DNA of 64,000 nt from Candidatus Tayloriibacteriota bacterium (GTDB lineage Bacteria; Patescibacteriota; Minisyncoccia; Phycocordibacterales; UBA6065), in assembly GCA_016215405.1 (NCBI GenBank), contig JACRJQ010000002.1:59597-123596 (forward strand), read 5' to 3'. Under the pieces are notes generated by a model that ran no database searches, had not been told where the DNA came from, and saw only the letters and a list, made by a program, of their open reading frames with translations. The translations under genes and the position numbers were made by a program. Positions 28,001-37,116 of this stretch are shown here, piece by piece; within the stretch, counting starts at the first letter, position 1; each line of letters opens with the position of its first letter.

Positions 28001-29095
28001 TTATACCACTATTCCGCCTCCAAGACAAGTCTCTCCGTCGTAGACGACGAGCGACTGCCCGGAAGCGGCCATGATCGGCCTGTCGAACTTGAACACGGCT
28101 TCGCCTTCGCCTGTGACCTGAACGCGGCAAGGCACAAGCTCGCCGAGGTGGCGTATGCGAGCGAGGAGCGCTGTCGATCCGTTAGGATCTCCCGATATCC
28201 AGTTGCAGGAAGAGACGCGATAAGCCGTCTTCTCCGTTGAGAGTGCGCCGTCGGAAGACCTATGGGACACGACCACCTCGTTTCTCGAAAGGTTCCTCGA
28301 TACCACATAGTAGGGACGGCCGTCCGCAGTCTTGTTCGCGACCGTGAATCCGTGCCGCTCCCCTACGGTCAAAAACGCGGCGCCGTCATGCTCTCCTATG
28401 ACCGTCCCCTCCTCGTCGAGCACCTTGCCCTTTTTCAGCTCTATGTAATGGGAGAGGAATTCCTTGATGTCGACTTTCCCTATGAAGCAGAGGCCCTGGC
28501 TGTCTCTCTTCTCTGCGACCGGAAGGCGAAATCTCGCGGCGAGCCCCCTCGTCTCGCTCTTCGCCATGCCGCCCACCGGAAAAAGAATCCTGACGAGCTC
28601 TCGCTGTGAGAGCGTCCAAAGGAAGTAGGATTGGTCTTTCGACCTATCGGCGCCCATCCCCAACTCTACCGAGGCGAAACCTCGGTAATCGTTACCGAGG
28701 TTTCGCCTCGGTAAGACCTGCGCGTAATGCCCTGTCGCGATATAGTCGGCGCCACGAGCCATCGCCCAATCGAAGAAGCCGCCGAACTTGACGTACCGGT
28801 TGCACATGACGTCGGGGTTCGGCGTCCGTCCGGCCTTGTATTCTGAGACCATGTAATCGACGACCTCTTTCTTGTATTCCTTCTCCAGGTCTAGTGTGAG
28901 GAACGGTATGCCGAGGTGCACGCAGACGCGCATGGCGTCGAGCCTGTCCTCTCTCCACGTGCACTCCATCCAATCGGGCTGCCAGACCCTTATAAAGACT
29001 CCAGTCACATCGAAGCCTTGCTCTTTGAGAAGAGCAGCAGAGACGGAGGAATCGACTCCCCCCGACATGCCGACATAGACTTTCTTTCCGTTCAT
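28001..29095 (-). CDS. mnmA: tRNA 2-thiouridine(34) synthase MnmA
   Basis: SGGVDS, TPNPDVMCN, ATGHYA, KDQSYFL, DSQGLCF, CLGGG. Confidence 0.97.
   Translation of the reverse strand: MNGKKVYVGMSGGVDSSVSAALLKEQGFDVTGVFIRVWQPDWMECTWREDRLDAMRVCVHLGIPFLTLDLEKEYKKEVVDYMVSEYKAGRTPNPDVMCNRYVKFGGFFDWAMARGADYIATGHYAQVLPRRNLGNDYRGFASVELGMGADRSKDQSYFLWTLSQRELVRILFPVGGMAKSETRGLAARFRLPVAEKRDSQGLCFIGKVDIKEFLSHYIELKKGKVLDEEGTVIGEHDGAAFLTVGERHGFTVANKTADGRPYYVVSRNLSRNEVVVSHRSSDGALSTEKTAYRVSSCNWISGDPNGSTALLARIRHLGELVPCRVQVTGEGEAVFKFDRPIMAASGQSLVVYDGETCLGGGIVV
28667..28713. repeat. Perfect 22-bp inverted repeat inside mnmA
   Basis: TACCGAGGCGAAACCTCGGTAA-tcg-TTACCGAGGTTTCGCCTCGGTA. Confidence 0.9.
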
Positions 29096-29121
29096 GGAGC
29101 TAACCTATCAGAGGCGGTGCC

Positions 29122-30150
29122 TTATCTCAAATACCTATTCTTGTTGACGAGGTGCCCGTCATGGGTCTCAGCATAATGCATCTCGCCCTTGTCGTCCGAA
29201 AGATAGAAGTAGTAAGGAGTCTTTAAGGGGTGGATGGTCGCCTTTATGGATGCGAGGCCGGGATTCGAGATCGGGGTCGGCGGGAGGCCTTTGTAGACAT
29301 ATGTGTTATACGGCGAATCTATCTTGAGGTCGTCGAGAGTGAGGAGCGCGCTGTTCCCCTTCCCGTTCACGAAGGAGAACGCCGCATCGACTTGCAAAGG
29401 CATCCCCTCGTCGAGCCGTTTCCAAAGGATCCCTGCGATGATCTGGCGAGACAGGTCGGTGCGAGCCTCCTCCTCTATGATCGAAGCCATCTTTATAACG
29501 TCGCTTCGCGATTTTCCGAAGGCCGCTATCTCCGGCGCGAGGGCCTCTATGCGCCGGTCGAAATTCTCGAGCATCGCAAGGACGACTTCCTGCGCCCGAA
29601 CGTTGGGCAAGAAGAGATATGTATCAGGGAAAAGATACCCTTCCTTCGGGCCGGCGAGCCTTCGGAATTCGAGAGGGTCGAACCTCGTGAACGAGCCGGA
29701 CTTCTCGAAGAGGGCCGCTATCTCGGCCGAGGACGTGCCCTCAGGTATGGTGATACGCACCCCTTCGAGGCCGTACGAACCGTGGGAGAATCTCCAGGCG
29801 AGGGCGATCGCGCTCTCTTTCCTTTCGAGAAGGTAGTCTCCCGCGACGAGACCGCGCGAACCGCCGAAAAGGACGACGAGAGACTTGAATATGAAGGGAG
29901 AGCGCACTGCGTCCGTAAGCGCTAGCCTCTTTGCCATGCCCGAGAGCGTCTCTCCATCTTCGACTGTCACGAGCTCGCCCTTTGGAAACCCTGAAGGGGC
30001 CGAGAACAGGAGGGATACGAGAGCGATGAATACGATCGTCGTCGCGATAGCCGGAATGAAAATCGCCTTTTTGAAAGGGCGAGAGGGCTTTTGGTCCTGG
30101 TTCACGGACGAATACTCAGGCTGGGATATGTAACGTAAAGGACCAGACAT
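29122..30150 (-). CDS. mltG: Endolytic transglycosylase MltG
   Basis: TIPEG, EGYLFPDTY, ASIIEEE, SPYNTY..GLPPTPISNPG. Confidence 0.95.
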   Translation of the reverse strand: MSGPLRYISQPEYSSVNQDQKPSRPFKKAIFIPAIATTIVFIALVSLLFSAPSGFPKGELVTVEDGETLSGMAKRLALTDAVRSPFIFKSLVVLFGGSRGLVAGDYLLERKESAIALAWRFSHGSYGLEGVRITIPEGTSSAEIAALFEKSGSFTRFDPLEFRRLAGPKEGYLFPDTYLFLPNVRAQEVVLAMLENFDRRIEALAPEIAAFGKSRSDVIKMASIIEEEARTDLSRQIIAGILWKRLDEGMPLQVDAAFSFVNGKGNSALLTLDDLKIDSPYNTYVYKGLPPTPISNPGLASIKATIHPLKTPYYFYLSDDKGEMHYAETHDGHLVNKNRYLR

Positions 30151-30153
30151 ATC

Positions 30154-31407
30154 CTATGTAGGGAGATTGAACGGAGCGTCCGCGCGCTTCGACGGGATAC
30201 GCTTGAGGCCCGGGGTCTTTACGGCGCTGCCTGGGAAATGATAGAGCGTCGCAAGCTCTTCCGTGTTGAGTATCATGATAGGCCTACGCGGTATGTCAGT
30301 GAAAGTGTACGGCGGATGGAAATACGATCGGGCTCGATAGTATTCGAAGAGCTTCGACTTCCAGTACGCAAGCTTTTTGCCGCTCTTGTCCTGCCACGGA
30401 TACTCGAATTCCGCCGCGGCGGGTGCGATGCTGTTGAAATTGTTCGCTCCGAACGGACGAAACGAGCCCTTTATGATACCCACCGAGAAGCCGCCACGGC
30501 CCTTTGGGATCACGTTTATACCGCGGATGCCGACGTCGAGGCCGTATTTTCCGATAGACCTCTCGATGACCTCGATAGACTCCTTCTGCCCGGGCGTGAG
30601 CCTCTCCATATGGAACGTCTCGGTGCCGTCCTCTTTCTTCTCCATGACGCCTTTCGCGATCTTCTTTATCTCTGCCTTCGCCGCCTCGACCCACGGATCC
30701 TCCTGCCTCTTGTTGAAGTGGTTCTTCTCCGCCGTATGGGCGCGAGCGATGAACTGGAACCAGATCTGATCCTCTTTCTTCACCGAACCCATTACCTCGA
30801 TAAGCGACGCCAAAGGATCGACCTTGAGCTCTTCGTCCGGATCGTCGGAGAGGCCGTAGTCGACATAAGTCTTTATCGGATACGGGTCGGGCTTTATGAA
30901 CCTGTATTCCGCCGCGTAGATATCGTACTTGTCCATGTTCTTCGCGACCTTCTCTGTATAGTCCTCGACCTCGTGTATGGCGACGTCAGGATACGAGCCG
31001 TAGATGTTCGCCATGAGGAAGTTCTTTTGGCTCTCGAAGCACCAGATGAAGAATCTGATCTCGCCGTCTATGGAGCAAAGCTCGAGGGAGCACCACGGGC
31101 GAGCCTTGCCGTCCCAATAGCGCTCGATCGGGGTTCCCTCACCACCCGTCTGAATAAGGGCGTTCAAGACGAGCTCCATGGCGGCCGGCGACTTAAAGGT
31201 CTCTGCGGGGAGCTTTACCTCGAGGACGGCCTTCTTTTGCCTCATGATCCAATCGGTGCGGGTATACCTCACCCAAACGGTCCAAGCGTATTCGAGTATC
31301 ACGATAGGCACCCAGATGACCGCGGTGTAGACGATCCAACGAAAGGTCTCTGGCAAGACTACGTTGAGGGTGAAAGCGGAGAAGCCTGTGAGGAGATTGG
31401 AAAGCAT
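30154..31407 (-). CDS. Conserved hypothetical membrane-anchored protein
   Basis: Long clean ORF with N-terminal TM; LEVKLP, YPIKTY, LNTEELATLYHFP; start moved to MLSN to avoid overlap. Confidence 0.75.
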   Translation of the reverse strand: MLSNLLTGFSAFTLNVVLPETFRWIVYTAVIWVPIVILEYAWTVWVRYTRTDWIMRQKKAVLEVKLPAETFKSPAAMELVLNALIQTGGEGTPIERYWDGKARPWCSLELCSIDGEIRFFIWCFESQKNFLMANIYGSYPDVAIHEVEDYTEKVAKNMDKYDIYAAEYRFIKPDPYPIKTYVDYGLSDDPDEELKVDPLASLIEVMGSVKKEDQIWFQFIARAHTAEKNHFNKRQEDPWVEAAKAEIKKIAKGVMEKKEDGTETFHMERLTPGQKESIEVIERSIGKYGLDVGIRGINVIPKGRGGFSVGIIKGSFRPFGANNFNSIAPAAAEFEYPWQDKSGKKLAYWKSKLFEYYRARSYFHPPYTFTDIPRRPIMILNTEELATLYHFPGSAVKTPGLKRIPSKRADAPFNLPT

Positions 31408-31478
31408 AATACCCGCTAATGATACAAGATAGGCCGCTCTCCCGCAAAGCAAAAGCCGCGCTTTCGCGCGGCTTTTCG

Positions 31479-32510
31479 CTAGGACGCCATCGAGTACTTC
31501 CCTTCTTTGTCTTTCTTGAAATATTTCGGATTCTGGAGATTTACGAGTATGGTGTTCTCCTTTACGTATCGCTCCTTGAGCACCTTGTCTATCACTTCCT
31601 TCTTTGTGAGAGGGCCGTGCTTCTCGAGGACCTTCTTTATGACGTCTTTGACGACTCCCGACATATAACCCCATTCGGAGAGTGCGTAGAGCCCGCGGCC
31701 GACCAGGACGAATCGAGGGTCCTTTATGAGCTCGTTATGAGTCGTCGCGACGTGAGCCTTCTTGTTGAACATCTTCTCGATCTGCTTTGCGACTTCGCGG
31801 AAATGTATAGGCGAGCCGTGCTTTCGGATGACGAGGAACGCGTAATCGCGCATGCCCTTCGCCTTTATGTTCGGAGAGTGGGAGACGCCCCATTCGCCGA
31901 GAGGGTTCTTGCCTACCTTCTTCGAGAGCGAGAGCCATCGCTTCAATATCTCGTCGTTGCGGTACTGGTCGTTGAGGCCTTCGATGTGGTTGAGGAAAGT
32001 ATCGATCATCTCCGACTCCGGGATGATATCGTCGTCCTTGAGGTTCTTGTAGAGCTTCTTGAGGGCATCCTCTACCTTCTTGGAGGTGCCTTCGTCTACA
32101 TGCCAGCGATGCTTGAAATGATCGTCTTCTTTCTGCCACTTGAACGTCCTTCCGAGAACGAGGAGGAAGTAGACGTGATTCTGTATCGACAGGTCTTTCG
32201 AGACCGAGTCGAGGAGGTCCTCTTCGGCGAGGACGCCTCCCATGGATTTCATCATCTCCTCAAGCTCCTTGAAAGCGTGGATCTGCGACTCGTATTCCTT
32301 CGATTTCTGTATGTTCGCTATGGCGTAGTTCTCGATCTGGCGGACGCGCTCACGGGTTATACCGTAGGTCTTGCCGATAGCCTCGAGGGTCATCTTCTCA
32401 GGATCCTTTCCGAGGCCGTAACGCTTGGTTATCACTTCCTGCGCGCGCTCAGGGAGGCTTTTGAGGAGGGCCTTTACGACCTGTTTAGGCTTGATCGTGA
32501 GATTCGTCAT
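31479..32510 (-). CDS. sigma70 region-4 HTH plus C-terminal winged-HTH (RNAP delta/HARE-HTH-like) protein
   Basis: RYGL...TLEAIG..YGITRERVRQIE; C-terminal HNELIKDPRFVLVGRGLYAL. Confidence 0.8.
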   Translation of the reverse strand: MTNLTIKPKQVVKALLKSLPERAQEVITKRYGLGKDPEKMTLEAIGKTYGITRERVRQIENYAIANIQKSKEYESQIHAFKELEEMMKSMGGVLAEEDLLDSVSKDLSIQNHVYFLLVLGRTFKWQKEDDHFKHRWHVDEGTSKKVEDALKKLYKNLKDDDIIPESEMIDTFLNHIEGLNDQYRNDEILKRWLSLSKKVGKNPLGEWGVSHSPNIKAKGMRDYAFLVIRKHGSPIHFREVAKQIEKMFNKKAHVATTHNELIKDPRFVLVGRGLYALSEWGYMSGVVKDVIKKVLEKHGPLTKKEVIDKVLKERYVKENTILVNLQNPKYFKKDKEGKYSMAS

Positions 32511-32726
32511 AATAATGCGTGCGCGTTCCTTAAATTAATAATTACCTTTTATCATTCGTTTGATACTAAGTCAAGTCTATCGTGGTGTCAAGACCCCTGT
32601 CAAGAGCTCCGCAAGGAGCTCTCCGCCGAGCGCGGATATTTTTCTGCTGAAAAATTCCTCGTGCTCGCGCCGCCACGCTCCCAAGGCTCGGACGAACCCC
32701 TCCTTGCTACGCGACGGTAAAGCCAA

Positions 32727-35594
32727 CTACCCCCTGACGACGATGGAGACCAGTTTTCCTGGGACGACGATGACTTTTTCCGGTTTCTTGTCCCCTATCC
32801 ATTTTTTCACCTCGTCGAGGGACATCGCCGTCCTTTCTAGATCCCCCTTCTCGGCGTTTCTATCCGCCGCGAAGCTCGCACGGACCTTGCCGTTCACCTG
32901 CACCACGATGGTCGCGCCCCCCTCGGTCAATTTTGATTCATCTGCCACGGGCCACTGGGCCATATGGATGGAATCTTCGTTCCCCAGGGAATGCCATAGG
33001 TCTTCCGTCACGTGAGGTGCAAATGGAGCGAGAAGTTTAAGAAAAACTTCATAAGTCGCACGTGTTACAGCGGCCTCTTTTTCAAGTGCATTCGAGAGGA
33101 TCATGAGCGATGATACTGCAGTATTGAATCCCATGGACTCTATATCTCCGGTTACTTTTCCGATTGTCTTATGAAGCAAAGATTCGAGTTCTTTATTCGG
33201 TCTTAACTCTCCGCTGCTCATGACCGCCCGCGCATCAACAACTTTGTTTGATAATGCATAGATTCGCTCAATAAACCTGCGAGGGCCTATGAGGCTCTTC
33301 GTGTCCCACGATATCGCCTGGTCGAATGGTCCCATGAACATCTCATAGACGCGCAGGGTATCGGCGCCGTAATTGGTCACGAGCTCATCGGGATTTATGA
33401 CGTTGCCCTTCGATTTGGACATCTTCTCCCCTCCCTCGGCGAGGATCATGCCGTGAGACGTCCTCTTTTTATAAGGCTCGCTCGTAGGGACGATTCCGAT
33501 GTCGAAGAGGAACTTGTGCCAGAAGCGAGAGTAAAGGAGATGCAGCGTCGTGTGCTCCATACCCCCGTTGTACCAGTCGACGGGCGACCACAGAGCGAGC
33601 CTCTCTTTGCTCGCGAGCTCTTTGTTATTCTTAGGATCGGCGTAGCGCAGGTAATACCACGAAGAGCCCGCCCAATTAGGCATCGTATCGGTCTCCCTCT
33701 CTGCTTCGCCCTTGCATTTCGGGCACTTCGTCTCGACCCACGACCTTATCTCGGCCAAAGGAGACTCTCCGGTATCAGTAGGCTCGTACCTCTCCACCTT
33801 CGGCAAAGCGACAGGAAGTTCCTTCTCGGGCACAGGGACCCATCCGCACTTTCCGCATTTGACCATCGGTATAGGCTCGCCCCAGTATCTCTGGCGAGAG
33901 AACACCCAGTCGCGCAGCTTGAACTTCTTCACCCAAGCGCCGCCGACCTCCTCGGCGATCTCCCTCTTCGCTTCTTCGGAATCCATGCCGGAGAACTTTC
34001 CGGAATCGGCGAGGATGCCGTGGTCGGTATAGATATAGTCGTCACTGTCGAGGATGTTGAGGATGAAGCTGCCCTCATAGACGGTAAAGAAATCCTTGAG
34101 CTCTCCCCTCTCCTTCCACACGATCTCGTGGATCGCGGCCTCTTTGTCGTCGACTTCCTGCCTCTCTTCGTTCACAAGGTCGAAGAAGACGAATCTGAAA
34201 TGGGCGTGCCGGTTCTGCTTCTTCACCCGATGATAGAAGAAGGTGTTTATCGCGACCGAGGAGGTGCGGACGTGCTTTAAGTTCTTGTAGCCCGTCTCCT
34301 CGAGCATCTCTCGCTTCGCTGCCTCTACGATGTCCTCGCCTTTCTCGATCCCGCCGGTAAAGAGGCCGTGCATCTTGAAGCTTTTCCAGCTGTTGCAAAG
34401 ATACTTCCCATCCTTAGGATTTCTGACCACTATCGCGACCGCGTCCCGATACTCGAAGGGCATATCGGCCCTAGGGGCGCCTTCGCCGCTTATTCCGACG
34501 AATTTCGGCTCGACGACGTGCTTTACGGGAAGCCCGTACTTCTTCGCGAACGCGAAGTCGCGCTCGTCGTGAGCGGGCACGGCCATGACCGCCCCCGTGC
34601 CATATTCGCTCAAGACGTAATCGGCAACGAACACCGGCACCTCTTCGCCGTTCGCCGGATTTATCGCGAAGATCCCGTCGAGCTTAACTCCGGTCTTCTC
34701 TTTCTTGGCGTCGGTGCGCTCTATCTCGTCTTTTTTCTTTGCAGAAGCGATATATTTTTCGACTTCGGCCCTATTTTTGAAAGAGAGCTTTGAGACGAGG
34801 CCGTGCTCGGGCGCGAGGACGACGTACGTGACGCCGAAGAGCGTGTCGGGACGGGTCGTGAAGGCCCTTATCTTCTCGCTCGAGCCCTTGATCGCAAACT
34901 CGAGCTCAGCACCCTCGCTCCTGCCTATCCAATTGCGCTGCTGTATCTTTATCCTCTCGAGATAATCGACCGAATCGAGGTCGTCATAGAGCTTGTCGGC
35001 GTATTTCGTGATGGCGAGCATCCACTGCTCCTTCTCTCGCTCTTCTACCGCCGTTCCGCAGCGCTCGCAGCGGCCGTCGACGACCTCCTCGTTCGCGAGA
35101 CCGATCTTGTCTTTTGGACACCAATTGATCGCGATCTTCGCCTTGTAGGCGAGGCCTTTCTCGTACATCTTGAGGAATATCCACTGTGTCCAGCGGAAAT
35201 ATTCCGGGTCGGTCGTGTTTACCTCGCGCGACCAATCGAACGAGAGTCCGAGAGATTTGAGCTGTCTGCGGAAATTGTCCGTGTTCTCCTTGGTCACGTC
35301 CTCAGGTTGCCTGCCCGTCTTTATGGCGTAGTTCTCCGTAGGCAAGCCGAAAGCGTCCCAGCCGATGGGATAGAGGACGTTCTCGCCCTGCATACGGCGC
35401 TTTCGGGCGACGATGTCCATCGCCGTATAGCTCCTGATGTGGCCGGTATGAAGCCCTGCGCCCGAAGGGAACGGAAATTCGACCAAGGGATAGAACCTCT
35501 TCTTATCGCTCTTGTCGTCTGCCGCGTAGATGCCAGACTTCTCCCATTCTTTCTGCCACTTCTTCTCTAGCTTAGAGTGGTCGTACTTTTTCAT
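32727..35594 (-). CDS. leuS: Leucine--tRNA ligase with an inserted Nudix domain
   Basis: FPFPSG.GLHTGH (HIGH), editing FTTRPDT, SRQRYWG, KMSKS; Nudix box at 34288-34356. Confidence 0.98.
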   Translation of the reverse strand: MKKYDHSKLEKKWQKEWEKSGIYAADDKSDKKRFYPLVEFPFPSGAGLHTGHIRSYTAMDIVARKRRMQGENVLYPIGWDAFGLPTENYAIKTGRQPEDVTKENTDNFRRQLKSLGLSFDWSREVNTTDPEYFRWTQWIFLKMYEKGLAYKAKIAINWCPKDKIGLANEEVVDGRCERCGTAVEEREKEQWMLAITKYADKLYDDLDSVDYLERIKIQQRNWIGRSEGAELEFAIKGSSEKIRAFTTRPDTLFGVTYVVLAPEHGLVSKLSFKNRAEVEKYIASAKKKDEIERTDAKKEKTGVKLDGIFAINPANGEEVPVFVADYVLSEYGTGAVMAVPAHDERDFAFAKKYGLPVKHVVEPKFVGISGEGAPRADMPFEYRDAVAIVVRNPKDGKYLCNSWKSFKMHGLFTGGIEKGEDIVEAAKREMLEETGYKNLKHVRTSSVAINTFFYHRVKKQNRHAHFRFVFFDLVNEERQEVDDKEAAIHEIVWKERGELKDFFTVYEGSFILNILDSDDYIYTDHGILADSGKFSGMDSEEAKREIAEEVGGAWVKKFKLRDWVFSRQRYWGEPIPMVKCGKCGWVPVPEKELPVALPKVERYEPTDTGESPLAEIRSWVETKCPKCKGEAERETDTMPNWAGSSWYYLRYADPKNNKELASKERLALWSPVDWYNGGMEHTTLHLLYSRFWHKFLFDIGIVPTSEPYKKRTSHGMILAEGGEKMSKSKGNVINPDELVTNYGADTLRVYEMFMGPFDQAISWDTKSLIGPRRFIERIYALSNKVVDARAVMSSGELRPNKELESLLHKTIGKVTGDIESMGFNTAVSSLMILSNALEKEAAVTRATYEVFLKLLAPFAPHVTEDLWHSLGNEDSIHMAQWPVADESKLTEGGATIVVQVNGKVRASFAADRNAEKGDLERTAMSLDEVKKWIGDKKPEKVIVVPGKLVSIVVRG

Positions 35595-35600
35595 CTCTCG

Positions 35601-36590
35601 TTAGTAGCCGCGCACGGTCACGCCTTTTTCGCGGACAGGATAGAGGTCTTGGTCGATATCCCGGTCGAAGCAGTGCTCTCCCGCGCCGTGCTTCCAGTTC
35701 TCGCCGTCAGGCATCATATAGGAGCGGGTCACGTCTCGAGGCTGGCTTTCGCGATCCTGCGAAGCGAGGCTGAAATCGGCGCAGACCTGGAAAGACAGGT
35801 CGCTTAGCGCTTTGTAGCCGTAGACCTCTCCCGTCTCAGGGTCCCGAGGGATCGAATAGCCGGAAATAGGGTCCACGAGGTCGTCGATCGAAGCAGGAAG
35901 GGTTCCCTTCTGCTGCCAGTAGTTTATGATCTGCCACTGCATCGATGAGAGGTCGTTTATGCGCCTCTCGTCGAAACGCTCCGCGCGAGCCTTCATCGGA
36001 GAGCCGAGGAGGGCGAACCCGAGGACGAGAGAGAGGAGGACCGCGCCGCTCGCTATCGAAACGAGAAGCTTTGACCTCGCCGGCATATCCGGTGCGAAGC
36101 TCTTCTTGAGGTCATAGAGGTAGTACCAAAAGACCGCTCCCGCGACGAGGATGACGGCAAGGACTTTGAGGACGAACCTGACCGTTATCTCTCCTCCGAG
36201 GAACGTATTGACGAGGACGATGAGGTCGACCGCGACCGCGACGCACGTCACGAAAAGCGTGAGATACGTGAGCCACTTCCTCACAGCGACGTCCTTTTTC
36301 TCCGGATTCGCCCGGAGATACTTGTTAAGATGGGTCGCTATGATGAGGTAGAGCGGGAAGACGATTATGAGGGACGCGATAGCGAGGCGCAGGCCGCCGG
36401 AATACGGATCGGACCCGTAATAGTAATAGTTATTGAGGCTGTCAGGAAAGGCCTTGTTCACGACGGCGAATAGGAGGCTGATGAGCGATATCGCGGAGAC
36501 GTAAAGGGTCGCGAATCCCGCGAGATAGAAGAAGAAATCCTTCGCCGTAGTCTTTGGTTGCATAGCTGGTTCGTTAGCTTGTAAGCCCAC
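35601..36590 (-). CDS. Membrane protein (DUF5671-like)
   Basis: Several TM helices, RKWLTYLTLF, D..R..DL, DPETG..Y.Y..C. Confidence 0.7.
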   Translation of the reverse strand: MGLQANEPAMQPKTTAKDFFFYLAGFATLYVSAISLISLLFAVVNKAFPDSLNNYYYYGSDPYSGGLRLAIASLIIVFPLYLIIATHLNKYLRANPEKKDVAVRKWLTYLTLFVTCVAVAVDLIVLVNTFLGGEITVRFVLKVLAVILVAGAVFWYYLYDLKKSFAPDMPARSKLLVSIASGAVLLSLVLGFALLGSPMKARAERFDERRINDLSSMQWQIINYWQQKGTLPASIDDLVDPISGYSIPRDPETGEVYGYKALSDLSFQVCADFSLASQDRESQPRDVTRSYMMPDGENWKHGAGEHCFDRDIDQDLYPVREKGVTVRGY

Positions 36591-36631
36591 TCATAATACT
36601 CGATACGGCCGCAGTTTCAAAGATAGTACGC

Positions 36632-36656
36632 AAAAGCCCGCCAAAGGCGGGCTTTT
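36632..36656. terminator. Bidirectional terminator
   Basis: AAAAGCCCGCC/GGCGGGCTTTT. Confidence 0.7.
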
Positions 36657-36676
36657 GAAGGCCGCAGGGCCTTACA

Positions 36677-36904
36677 CTACATCGCAGGAGCCTCCGCCTT
36701 CGTCTCGCAATGCTTGCACTCCTTTCGGTGAGTGAAGATGAGAACCAGGCCGGAAAGACCTACGAGGACGTATACGAGCCTCTCGAGCCACGCCATCGAG
36801 CCGAGGAGCATCTCTACGACATTCCATCCTCCTGCGCCTACGAGACCCCAGTTAAGGGCGCCGACGACCGCGAGGATGAAAGCTATCACGTGAAGTGCCT
36901 TCAT
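36677..36904 (-). CDS. DUF378 family small membrane protein
   Basis: VGALNWGLVG...VYVLVGLSG. Confidence 0.88.
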   Translation of the reverse strand: MKALHVIAFILAVVGALNWGLVGAGGWNVVEMLLGSMAWLERLVYVLVGLSGLVLIFTHRKECKHCETKAEAPAM

Positions 36905-37031
36905 TTTTCAAAAATATTATCTTTATAAAACCGCTGCGACTTTTACCCATGAATTATAGCAACGTGGCAAGTTTTTGCCGTCGATGGTTATGCACAGCCG
37001 ACCTTTCGATCCACGACCCTGGCTCTGGGAT

Positions 37032-37077
37032 GAGCGACTAAAAACAGTATCATATATGATACTGTTTTTAGTCGCTC
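37032..37077. repeat. Palindromic repeat copy 1 (46-bp perfect palindrome)
   Basis: GAGCGA-CTAAAAACAGTATCATATATGATACTGTTTTTAG-TCGCTC. Confidence 0.95.
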
Positions 37078-37116
37078 CAGCGACGCGCCCCTCTAATCAA
37101 AACCCGGGAGAGGAGA

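Noticed and set aside
37038-37071. 34-bp palindrome as an E. coli-type SOS box
   Set aside because: The half-sites are reversed (ACAG...CTGT rather than CTGT-N8-ACAG) and copies sit at gene 3' ends, including between convergent genes
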